Translations under genes and position numbers: made by a program
Assembly (NCBI GenBank): GCA_040954595.2
Contig: CM082594.2
Span: 11,920,985-11,984,984, forward strand
Source: Balanoglossus misakiensis
Lineage: Eukaryota; Animalia; Hemichordata
Reading direction: 5' to 3'
DNA: 64,000 bases
Shown: piece by piece, positions 1-12,391 of the stretch
How the letters are laid out: the number at the start of each line of letters is the position of its first letter
How positions within the stretch are numbered: position 1 is the stretch's first letter
The notes under the pieces: model-generated
What the model saw: the letters and a program-made list of their open reading frames with translations, nothing else
What the model was told of the DNA's origin: nothing
Database searches by the model: none

Positions 1-3000
1 TCAGCACGTCTTCGAGCGAAGGAAATGATGAGTGGATCAATTACTGTGTGATATTTTGGATAGTTTCCAAAGATAATAGTTCACAAACGGTTATATGCAG
101 CCGATCGCATAGAAAAGAAAATTTGCCTCGATTGCTCAACAGAACTGTGAAAACCACACAGAATGGAGCCATGACATTAAGTAAATTTAAGCTTCACGCG
201 AAGGTGGTTGTACAACCTGAAAGAGTTAAAATGTAAACAGTTCACTTGATGCAGGATTTTGTGTTGGCAAAGAATTGACATGGCATGAAGAAGCAGCGAG
301 ACTCGTCAATAACCAAGTCACGAAATCACAACCGTTTCTCAGCAAAGAAACATACTTTCTGATCTGCCGCCATTGCGGGTTGAGAAATGACAACCGTACA
401 TTTTGCTGATAGACGATGAATTGTATTCAGTCACACGGAATCAAATTATTATTGACAGGACGGTCCATCATCCAAACACTCTTAATTAAATTCACCCAGT
501 CAAGGCCATAATTTCTGACATATACATTTGTATACATTTGGTGTACTACATTTCAGTGACATAAGTTGGTTTCACCTCTTTATCTAATTTTAAAAAAGGT
601 GACCTCATTTTGTAGTTATCCTACATGTTCCTGTTCGAGACATTTAAAGCAAGTGTTTGGTACAAACGAGTTACTACTCTTCGTTAATATCCGTTTGCTT
701 TATATATCGAAAAAAACTACATGCTTTTTAAAGCATACCTGGATATAAAGATAGCATCGGTATTAACTGCACAACTCAAAAGGGTAAAGTGTAACTGTTC
801 TCTGAGGCTTGCGACGTTTTGACCTGCATATCATGTTTTATAGATATCTCATAGTTTGTCTGCTGTAGACCTAAGGGCGAATTGTTTATCATATTCTGAA
901 CACTATAGGCCTCTTCGTCTTCGGTTCAAAACGGCATACTTGTGAAGTTTCCCGTGGTGGCCTCGTAAATGTGAATTGAAACAAGACTTTTCAATTTGTT
1001 TTGAGAAGCACGATAAAATGATTTTTAGAGTTACATTTGTATACTCTTACGATACAAGCTGAGAGTGCTCAGCCGCGTGAAAACTTCTCCGTAACACTCC
1101 ATAGAGAAAGAGTCACCAATGAACTATAATATTAATCTGCAATCATTTAAAGCAGCTTCCTCTTCTTACAAGATTAGTGCCTCTTTTACACGCCTTCCGC
1201 TCTCAGTCTCACGGATTGTTTACCTCTTCGCTCCGCTTGGCCGTCTTATTTTCAAAAGTGCGGTCCAAGTGTGCCATCATTTACTATTTCATTGAACATG
1301 TACATGTACTGAAGTCAATCAGATAAGGAAGGCAAGTGGATATGAAACCAGGAGTTCTAGCGGCGCGTATTAATATGCAACCTTGGCTCAGAATCACTTA
1401 GGCACCTACAAGAAAGTGAGCCATGTCCACATATTCACCTAATTCATCCATACCCAGAGGCTAAAAGATACCTCATTCCATACATTAGACACTCGATCGC
1501 CACACCCAACTACCTCATATTTTCACTGTGCTATACATTTGTCCACACACCCAATCAGCAACGGAGTCTTTGCGCAATAGACCAGTCCGCAGTTTTTCGC
1601 GCATGGACAGAAATCAAAACTGAATACATGTGCCTGCCTATGTTTAATCACCCTATCAGTTTACCTGACAGTGCGGGATAAGATTGACGTAGCTTACACC
1701 AGCATGGGTGAAATCCAGCACTGAGCTGTTTCTTAAAATTCAGGCCAGGAATTGAATACATACCATAAAACAAGCACGCTCTCTGCGTAGAACTATGTAA
1801 TTTATCACACACCTCACACATTGCGGTATCCAGGCGCTATAGAATAAATTTATAGCTACCGTCTCCGAAAACCTGAGACGTTATGGATTTTTTTCTCCCT
1901 TCACTAAAGTCTATTTAAAGTAACAACACGAGATTTCTCCACAAATTGGCAGTTAGAGCAATGACGCAGGTACTGGAATGAAATCAACATCGATGCAAAA
2001 CGATAAGTATCTGAAACATGCAATATTAGTGTCGGTGAACAATAACTAAATAAACGTCACCAGTAATAACCCAGGATAAAGCCGATCATTAAATCACGGT
2101 ACAAACAACCTGCGGTCGCGACATTACCTTGGCATTCGTTAACTTTGGTCCGGAATTCTGCCCATTCACTGGCAACCATGTAACGAATTCGCCAATTTAG
2201 ATGTCGGCACTGTATACGCTCTGCGACGCGGGTAGCGCAGCATTCGCTGTCTTCAAGCGCCGGCGTTGAATACCAACAAAACCGCAGCGACAGCGGACGG
2301 GTACCGACAAAAATCACCACAAGCAGCAACATTTATTACTAATGGCCAATTTACCGAGCGGGACTGGAAGCGATAAGGCGACTGCTCTGTCAATCAGACG
2401 CACGCTGAAATGGCCAAAGTGATGAAATATCCTCATTACGATTGTGCCTGAGTATGCTATTCTCAACACTTGTTTATCAAGAGAAAGTCATCGTAGTCAC
2501 CGTAGCTGCACTAACTAGCCGAGATAATTTTGTGACTTAGCATCTCGTTTAGACCGGCAAATGCCTTTGTATGACCGTAACTCAGATGTTTGACGGGTTT
2601 TATTTGATTCTGAGATACAGAGTTGGAATAACTTATCCATTCAGAAGTTGTTGGTCATGTTGTTTAAATATTCCTTTTCAATATATAGGGCTTACAATTA
2701 TGATAACATGCTTAGAAGCACGTTGAAGTGATTTACCCGAGAGTGCACAAAACCACGTCATGGATGTAATAACACTTAGTTTGAAATAAACCGTATACAA
2801 ACCAAATATAATGTCAGCGGTTCATTCATAAATACAGACCCATTTTTCACAACATGGTATTGGTATTTCTGGCTTATCGGAAGTGTAGTGTACGAGTTTC
2901 AAAGGGTTGCTTCTTTCTCGTTTCTACCCATATGTAGGACAGAGTGTCATAATTGGGTGTTGTTTGCGGCATTTTTTGTCGGTTCTTCGTAATATTCATA

Positions 3001-4254
3001 TTGAAATACAGATATATGTGGATTGTTCGCCATTACAGCGTACTGTTACTTTGCTTGTAGGCATCCCAGATACTTACTAAATGACGCCATCTGGATTGTT
3101 TACCGGAAATGATGGCTTTGATAAATTCACCTGTTATACCCGTTTGAGAGCGTGAGCAGAATTTGACGAACTACAATTCAGTATGCTTTTCAGAGCAAGA
3201 TAAACGCGGCACGCGGCACAAAATAAATCCGAGAATGCTAAAGATAGTCACTCGGAAACATATCGATGAATTCCTCTCAGCGCCAAAAGTGTTTTCGAAA
3301 AACAAAGTCAGGCAATATCAACTCTCCAAGCTGATAAATGCCTTCACACATATATGCCCAAGAAGATAACTGACTTCAGTAATTGATTAGTCGATTATTT
3401 GCTACGTTTTTTTTTTCAATTTTAAAGTAGCGTTGAACATGCACACCCTTTAAAGTCTAGTAAGCCACTTTGAAAAATACACATAAGTAATCCTTTTCAA
3501 GATTTCATCCTCTCTATTATTCCAATCGCACTGTAACCATGGTGATCAACGATCTCAGAGTGAAGACTGTTTTTTTTCGCGCAGAATCACGAAATCTGTT
3601 TTACTTTCAGTCGACTCCAATTTAATATTAGAGGACTTCAGCAGTAGCCACATACCGAGATATTTTTTTATGAACTTACGCTTCACCTTTTTGTTTGCTT
3701 TTTTCCAATGTAGTAGAAAAATAGAAAAAATATCCATCATAACTTTCCATGAAAACAGTTGAGCTTGTTTATGTTTCAGAGCCTATGACCAGAGAACACT
3801 GATAACTGACACATATTAAGTGCGACTCAAAGCACAGATGCATACATGAATGTAAAATGTTTTCCTTTGGCGCCTGTGACGACCGTTTGAAGTTTTTCCC
3901 CGAATGAGACAAAACCTGTAAGAGGTCCTGGTGGTGGATTTGGTTCAGTAATGGAAATACAGAACATCGATACCCAATTATGAAACCCACTAAAATGCGC
4001 CACGGAATCTTTTAGGCCACGTGACGTAGAACTAATTGGGGGCCTCATGTAACGCTATACCCACACTGCGTACCGACTGACTCATTGCATTGACCCTCCC
4101 TTCACCAAAAGTATCCTTTTATCATAAAACCTTTCCCTTGGCATAGTCAGTAATTGTATCTGTAATACACAGTAGAAATAAACAGTGGTGCCCAAGACCT
4201 ACGTCACGATGTGCTGCAACTGTAGATTATGGGGTCAACAACTATCATTCTTAA

Positions 4255-4560
4255 GGTGGTATGAGTCTCAGGGACAGTTTCAGAAAAGTGATACTCCTCC
4301 AAACCTTTCAATTCGTTGCTTTATTAAAGCGTTAGAGGTGTGTTTTTGAAAACAAAGAAGAAAACGTGTTCTTGTTTTCATAATAGTCTCTATTTTATAT
4401 TTTCTATATATAGTTAACACAGACGTGGCGGCCATTTTGAATTTCAAGTTTGAGGAAAGTTCGCCTTCTCATTTAAATCTTTGCACTGTGTGCTCGCCAA
4501 ATTTTTATTTTTATGTTTAAAAAAGATTAATATAAAGTTTCCTTGATAAATAATTTAAAA
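4255..4560 (+). mobile_element. Decayed non-autonomous DNA transposon fragment, TTAA-flanked (Kolobok-type), copy 1 of a dispersed family
   Basis: Starts TTAA|GGTGGTATG...GGGACAG. Shares blocks (acctttcaattc, aagaagaaaac, agttaacaca, ttttgaatttcaa) with 26565-26780 and blocks (ggcggccattttgaat, aatataaagtt.ccttga) with 31040-31195(-). TTAA plus a purine-purine terminus fits Kolobok. Right end not identified. Confidence 0.55.
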
Positions 4561-4969
4561 CTGTCACGTGGTGGGAAATGATACTTCGGAAAACTAGGAA
4601 TTGGCAACAGAAAAGAGGATAAATCATATTTAGAACTCACAGCAGTGTGTTTTGTCACCGTCATTTAAGTCTTTGTAGAGAGAAAAAACACCACATGGGA
4701 TGTTTTAATGGCAGCTTGGCAGTATCGGAAACATCAGTGACGTGACCGGTTGGATTGCCCTAAAGCTATATGACGATAGTAATCACGGATAACGACCAAA
4801 GATTTGTCGGCGATTTGGGGGTAATTTGAAACGCAATATGAAATATTTTGTGGAAAGAGATCGTATCAGTGAGTACCGTCGCGACCTCTACTTTGAAGGC
4901 TTAAATCAGCATTGGTGACTGAACTCAATTGGCGCGTGATGCTTTCTGGAACTGAAGGCATCGCATGTC

Positions 4970-4986
4970 GGGGGGGGGGGGGGGGG
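4970..4986. repeat. Poly-G run (17 nt)
   Basis: Directly visible; explains the poly-Pro in ORFs 4866..5060 and 4906..5118. Confidence 0.95.
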
Positions 4987-5120
4987 TCGTACATGAATTC
5001 GTAAAAACCGCTCACATGGACGATATATTTCAGTTTTGCCGGTTGAAATTGATGAATCATATTTTACTTCACAAGCAACACCCTGAAAATGTTTAAGTAA
5101 TCTGTAATAAAGGCCCAAAA

Positions 5121-5440
5121 GTGTTTACTTCTGGGAATTACTGTAATGTGCATGAAAAGACTAATCGACTTAATTCGGATCAAATGAACTACAACTCATT
5201 TTGTTCTGATAATATCGTGAACAGCGTAATCCCGCTGATGACTTGCGAGATGTTGGGGTTCAATCACGATGGCTGCTTGTCTGGTCACGTGAGAGGCAGT
5301 GATCAGCGAAGTGTTGGCTGTTGATGAAAAATCTCATTAGTACTATTCAGGGCGGATTGGGAAGCGATCTGGACCTCGGTTTCCGGATAAATAGCTTCCT
5401 TGGACTGAGTTTCATTTTGTTCACATTTTGCTAGCATGAA
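5121..5440 (+). pseudogene. Possible decayed SRCR (scavenger receptor cysteine-rich) domain exon
   Basis: Translation NYNSFCSDNIVNSVIPLMTCEMLGF resembles the SRCR WGTVCDD...VVCRQLGF motif. It is followed after a stop by GRIGKRSGPRFPDK, resembling FGxGSGPIxLD. Interrupted by stops and frameshifts. Confidence 0.3.
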
Positions 5441-8400
5441 TCAGCTGTGGGGAAATGAAAGAAAAGGAAAAAAACTCAATACCAATCACTATTTATGCTA
5501 ACGCGTTAACAGCATAGTCGGCACATACACACGTCATTGAAAATCGGACACCGAAGGGCTCGCAGAACGTCATTTCCATTGCAGTAAAACATATATGTGA
5601 TAGAATATTATCAGGGAAAATATTGCGTAGATCACTTTATACGAATCATTTGATTTTTTTTTACATTTTTACAATTAATGGTGATAAACTAAATTCAATG
5701 CATTGTCATGCTGTGAACACACTAAGGATGTGTGACGCATTTTAAATATTGGATAACCAACAATGCACAGAAGAAAAAAAACTGTGTAGAATCTTCTTAA
5801 ATGAAGCAGGAATAATGAAAATCACATTAAAACGCCACAAATTTGCTCTTTTGTAAGCAATGTCAGCTTTTCTCCAATAAAAGTAGCCTTCCCAGGGTCT
5901 AACGTATGGATTATCTCACCATGATCGCCAGACTAAAACCATTACAAATTATCGTCAATATTTTATAACCAAAGTTTTACCTTCAAATTAGTTAGATTCA
6001 AACTCTGTTAAGCTTACCTATCCTCGCTCATAAAGATAGGCAACTTTAAATGCAAGCAACTTATTAAAGTGACCATTTCATTGATCAGACTTGGCAGAGA
6101 GTCAGTTGGCCTTTAGAGCTGATGACCTTCAAAACCAGTAAATGTTGACATTCATTAAATAGTCTGTAAAGAAAAACGACATTTTGAACAACACGAGTGT
6201 AGGCTGATGAAAATAAGGGCATGGACAAGCTACAAACCTGTAATATTTTGTAGGCCCAACCTAAGATTTACACCGTTGCATTTACGACAGTACATGGGTG
6301 TCCATATTCTCAGTTTTGTACTGTAAACAGTGACTGACGCACAAGAAATTATCAAACCTCGGTATTGTGTTCAAAATTAATATCACCTTAAGCAGGTGCA
6401 AGTATTACTCTGAAAGACAACAAAACTAAATTTGACAAGAGAATCTCATCCGAAAACGAAGAATCAACTATGGGAAATATTATTTAAACACAAGTGATAG
6501 TAATCGGCCTCTTAATAGGTTCTTACAAGTCATCGCAAACAACGGAGGATCTTCCAACAGAAGTAATTTGGAGCTTATTATAGACTTGAAATGACATCAG
6601 TCGTATTTTCGCTGACATGCAAACACCGATTAATCCGAGATCAGTATCGACGTGCTCAACAAGAGCTTTGGGAGTTCATTAAGAGTGGCCAGAACCTAGG
6701 TAAGAATGCTTAACCACACATCAATTTAGAACGAATCGACTCCGTGGTAGACGGGACTGTGAACGCCTGATTATCTGTGACACGCAGCTCAGGCAGTTCG
6801 TTTCTGTATGATACCTTTCGACTCGACTAAAGGTCGTCGGAATCAACAGAGGAAAACTTGCAAGGTCATTTTGACATGTAGTTTTGATCCTCACAAACGA
6901 GATCAAGGGAAGAGAACAACACGAAAGATTATCGCGGATCATTTTCTGTTCACCAAGGCTTTTCATCTCCCAAATATCATTGTGTGCTGTACGTCTGTTG
7001 ACGTTTGTAGTACAAGATCAATTCAACACGTCAACCGGATTGACAATTCTCCTTGTCAAAGTCCCGTAAGCAGGTCTGATTTTCAGTTTTGGTCAAAATG
7101 CACAAAACGTCTCGAATATCATTGTAAGAATAGTTCATTCTTTAATTACACTGAAACGAGTGTAATCAAATCCGAAATGACAAACGACACGCGAGGAGCG
7201 AGATTTCACCAGAGATGTTCCAGAGAAAGAGACTCATGTTGCTCCTTACTTTGATTAATGTTGTTATTTATTATTTATAAAACGCCATTTTTACGGATTA
7301 AACAAAGTCTAAATTTGCATGGTAATTGTGTCGGTTCTGATTCCTGCCCAGAAGACAGTGTGCACCAACTGACTCAGTTCGCAGTAGGCCTAATCCACAA
7401 ATTACTTTTGTGCTCTTCAGAATTGATCACGAAACTATGACCCGGCATTTGGTTTCGGGACATCTTCACTATTTATACAGACAATCTGAACAGCGGTTTT
7501 GCATACATTTAATATTCATAAGTTGCACATTATTAGGCGATTGACATTTGAACATTCTGTCTCGGGGGATTTCAGGTACTATCAATAAATGGTGCGCTAA
7601 GAGTGAACCGTGTACTTTTTTCCAGACCTCTAAGGCTTGCATTCAATGTCCGATGAGATATTCGTACAAGTCCTCGTACACGCATACAGTCATTTTAAAC
7701 TGAAAGCACCAAAAATGGCATTAAAAAGGGATAAAACATCAGTTAGGAAAGTTTCTTTAAATGATACACTTTTAACTGATTTGTCTGAATGTTATGTAAC
7801 ATATATTCAGATGAACTAACAGGTAAATATCTATTCATTAGACACAGTCTGTAATAAGTTGGCCACGAATAGTTTTCCCACAGAAATAAGCTTTCCAAAC
7901 GACCACTGCGTTATCAGAAATGCACTTTGCAAAATCTCGCGCGTCATAACGACAAAACATCGATATGACAAATTTTCTCGCAGGCTATGCGGTTACCATG
8001 GTGACCGTTGATATAAAGTAAATGAGAACGTAGCAGCCTTGCTTATCTTCTTCCCCTACGACACGGAAAAATCTACATCCAGATGTTAAGTCTCTTTCTG
8101 GGTTTAATTTTGTCCTTCTTACGACGTTTCCATGGTATCACGAAGTTGGAACCTTTGTGAAAAGACCGCTGTTTGTGCAATGTGTGTTGGAAACATAACC
8201 ACGGAGGAGTTTGTGGATAACTAACATTTGAAGCAACCCCGACGACCCGGCCAACCACTAATCGGTGCTTATCAGCGGCAAGACACTAGGATACCGGCAG
8301 GTTGCCGAATAGGAGCTACTAAGCTTTATCAATGCACAAACTTTGATTAACTGGTTTCATGACACAGCTTCCGTGACCTGATACATTCACTGTAAACGAC

Positions 8401-11400
8401 AAAGGTGTCAGAAATCGCAGTTTTTCACCTCATTCTCGCCCGCCAATAGCGGAAACCCCTCGAGAAGAATTTCAATAAAAAGAAAAATACTGATAGTACC
8501 GTGTTCTTATTCTTTAGTTGGAGATCAATGCAATGTCTTGTCGGGTCGCGTTCGGCGGTTTCTCCGATGCCCTGGCGCAGGATTCGATCGCCATTTCAAA
8601 TTAATTTCAAAATTTGAAATTCAACAATTCAAGGAGATTCCGCTCAATAAGAAAGACTTTGGGCAGAGAATTAACAAAGGCTTAGCCGACGTGTAGAAAG
8701 TATCAAAGGGAAGAAATAATAGCATACGCTAACAAGCGAAAGTAGAAGTCCGCGGAAGACTATGTAAAACAAAGTCATGATGCTATAGAAATACGATTAT
8801 GTCGCAAATAGGGAAAATGTCTTACAGTATTGGATCAAGTTAGCCAGTAATCTTAGTGACAGTAATCTTAGTCTAAATCAATAAAGACAAATACTGTCAG
8901 CAAATTCCGACCAGTATGACTGCGATGCATCTTTGCCTTATTCGTTATGTTTCAAAATGAGATAACCCCGTCGAGGGAATTCCATTCCCTATCACCAACC
9001 AGATAACAAGTCAGTGAAACATAAAAACACATGCTAATGGACTAGTTTAGGGTGATAAGATGCTTTCTATCCGAGCGGATCAGAATTAGCAATTGTTTCA
9101 TTGACCTCCCGCGATATTAAAAAAAAATTCAAGTAACCATCATCATTTTTCTGTCCTTCAGGGACTTTTCAGGAACCCATTCTGAAGTGAACCTTAACTT
9201 TATCACACACACGCGCGGGTCTACAGTTCGCAGACAGTGGCAAATTCAATATTCATGATATTAACCTGTCTGGAGGTAGTGATTTGCATAGATGACCATA
9301 CCAAGCTGGTGAGTCTTGAAGCGCACCTGTTTTAGCAAAACACGTGATCAAATAATGAGAAGTGCGCTGTGTTCTATACAAGACTGTTTCACGCAAGGCA
9401 ACGCCTGCAGTGACTGCTACAGACAGAACGTTTCCGCTGCCCTGACCGAATACCACCCCTCAAAAAGAGTAGTTCGATCTGGCCTGTTCTAACAACGCGA
9501 AATCAGTCAATTTGACGCATAACACATTTGTAGCAAGTCGGACATGTTCACTTCGCAAACAGGGTGCTGATAATAACGCGCCTGCTGTAAGATCGTCGCG
9601 CACTCATTGGATATTTGATCTCGCGAGGACGTTCACGTAATACGGTTACCGTGTTGCTTGAGAGTATCAGTCCCCCGGCTTCAATTAAACTTAGAATCCA
9701 CTTTTGCTTAACCCGATATACTGCATACTGTGAAAAGAGTGGGAAACCAAGACTTATTATCATCTCACAGCGAGCATCAGAAGAGCACTGTTGTCGACGT
9801 CACCCCACAGTCAGCACTGCAAGTCTCTTGAGGTAAGTCGATATGATTTCTTCGTATTATGAGCCGTTCTTACTGTCGCTGCTTGTTCTTACCGCAATTA
9901 ACATGTCACGTCGCGAAGACACTGTCGTCCTCCTCTAAAACGGAAATTACTTTTCTTTCTCAAGAACATTTACCTGAATTGCTGGTATTTTAACAGTAAT
10001 CTGAATGATACTTTGTTAAACATCAAACCGGAAGTAATGCGATCATATTACCTTCGCAGTGCCGTGCTGCAGAGGTACCTGATATTTGTGTCAACGTTGT
10101 GCCCGAAACGCCATCAAAATATTAATTTACGAGACGGCGATTTTTTCGCCTCGAGCCCATAGGACACAAAGATGTACCCCATCTGGCTGTTCGCATTTTC
10201 AGCATGTTTGCAATGATTTATCATGAGAGGAAAAACGCACATGTAATTAAACACAACCATACTTCCATTTTAACAACTTTCTGCCCGATGTGCGACCGAG
10301 TTCAAAACCAACTAACCATCCCCAGAGTTCGATTATTTACAAACACGGTTTTTGTATCGTCGCTTTTCTCCCCATAGACATTTTAAACAGTGTTCACATA
10401 TCTAAAGTCAGGTATAGTTTATTCACGTTCTCTCTCTACAGCCTTCCCCATTGGAAGTACGTTAACCGCCTCTAGGAATTGGTTTAACCTGAAGTCATTC
10501 CGTCACGATTCAAAATGCCAGTTTATTAATACACGGCCTCGAAGTTCTTACTATGTGAAGGTCGCACCGCAATGAATTACCATCGTATAGCCAATGGATA
10601 CTCCTCCGTCGAAGTAATTTCTTTTTGATAATCTTTATTTTAGACTAGCCTAAACATGTGTGAGTCGAATGAGCATATAGCTGGTTTCTGGAGGCTTGGC
10701 GAAGAGCTATAATTACGTTATGTCTCTATAGCATATTTATACGAAACTGTCGATAACGCACAGAGGAGTACCGCAACCCAGTGATGTGTTAAGTGGCATT
10801 ACTGATCATTGCGAAATTAAAAATTACCCGTCTATTTTGAAATCTAAAATTGGAATAACAAGTACCTGACCCCAAGCATTCAACTAAAGCCAACCTATAA
10901 ATTTGAAATCATGACCCCAATGCGCCGAGGTATTGATGTTTTTGTCACGACGACTAATGTTTTACCCTGAGTCCCAATTATTCTTGTATACAATAACAGT
11001 GCCTACAGTGATTATTGAGATCAGGCAGTAGGCTGTTGGTCCTCGGGCAACGCTGACTATCAACCTTTTGTACACACAGAAAACCACCAAACGCCATACG
11101 CGTTGGTAATTCAGGTCACCATACATTCAATGATAAAGTTTCCGTATTCAAATCTCGTAAACTCTGAAAGGCCATCACGCACAATTTCCTTGCCGAGGAA
11201 AAACTGACTCGACTACTATGTGGCACAGAAAAAAGGCATATTTAGCAGCCTGATTCATTATGTAAAGACTTTGTTCCCAAAATGGAGCGTGAACTATTTT
11301 TAAATAAGCGTAGAGGCACAGTCTGTGGTTTTATGCTAAATGAAGCGAGTAAAATGAAGTTCATTGAATGGTTGCTGTTCCCCGCACCTGTCTTCTTCAT

Positions 11401-11580
11401 GCTAATAAGCACAATGTCTCATAAACTACCAATCAAAACGTCGTTTTAGTGGAAACAAACAATAATATATAATATGTGTGTGTGTAAGTGTGTGTTTGTA
11501 TGTATGATGAAACCTGGTTTTAATATCGAATGTCTTTCGATTGATGTCGATATACTAAAAGTTGGATGTAATTACTTTTC

Positions 11581-11603
11581 ATTTAATTTCTGCTCTCTTT
11601 CAG
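11581..11603 (+). other. Splice acceptor preceding the first coding exon of receptor guanylyl cyclase paralog A
   Basis: Polypyrimidine tract plus CAG (tttctgctctctttcag) ending 88 nt upstream of the ATG, implying an upstream non-coding exon. A strong candidate donor GAG|GTAAGT lies at 9832/9833. Confidence 0.5.
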
Positions 11604-11691
11604 AATTATTACCAAGCAGATAAGATTTTCACCAATTGGCACATCCACAAGAAAACGTCTTTAAATTACCGGTGAACTTTCCCATTACACT

Positions 11692-12391
11692 ATGCAGATG
11701 CACCGAAAAGGAAGTACTGGTTGCTTTCTGCTGGGTGTCTGTGTGATGTCTTTTTGCCTTTCTGTGAAGGCCGAAGAGTTCCGAACGTTGTTAAGTTTTC
11801 CGCTGTATGCCACGTCATCACCATTGAGTGCCGAACAGAGTTCTGGCGCAGGGTTCATTATTGGATACGATACAGTGAACAAGGATGAGAACCTGTTACC
11901 TGGACGCAGGCTTACCTTTGATTTGCTCTGGACGCACTGTATGCTCTCGTCGTTTCTTGGGCCCTTCACAGACATGGTGTACTCGACGAATTATTCGGCG
12001 TTGATCGGGCCTGTTTGCAGCGACGAAGCCGAATCGGCTGGGGTGCTAGCCGACCACTGGAACAGAGCGTATCTTTGCGCCGGTTGCTCCAACAGCCGCT
12101 TCCGACACAAAACCATCTTCGGCTACTCCACCCTCTTGCGCAGTATGGGGTCATTTGAACAGATCTCCGCGTATATCACAAAGGCTATCTTCCAGCATTT
12201 TGCATGGGACACGTTCGGGGTCATTGTTGAAACCCCAACCTCAGTTTGGCTCCCCGTGGTTAGGGCGATAAATGTCAGCGTGATCGACGCCCAGAATCTG
12301 ACAATTGGTCGCTACAGGTCATATTTATCCTCTGAATCCAGTGACGAAGAAATGTTAGATATCATGAAAGACGTAGCAGCACAAAGTCGCA
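11692..12391 (+). CDS. First coding exon (paralog A) of a natriuretic-peptide-receptor-type membrane guanylyl cyclase: signal peptide + N-terminal ANF_receptor domain
   Basis: Signal-peptide-like FLLGVCVMSFCLSVKA|EE. Family motifs GAGFII..VNKDENLLPG, LIGPVCS, LADHWN, YSTLLRSMGSF, FQHFAWD. Open for 233 codons and ends at QSR CGC A|GTAAGT (phase 1), matching the first-intron position of NPR-type genes. The ORF tail to 12501 is intron read-through. Confidence 0.9.

Noticed and set aside
11685-12154. Minus-strand ORFs overlapping exon A (and 44813..45181 overlapping exon B)
   Set aside because: Antisense shadows of real coding exons.
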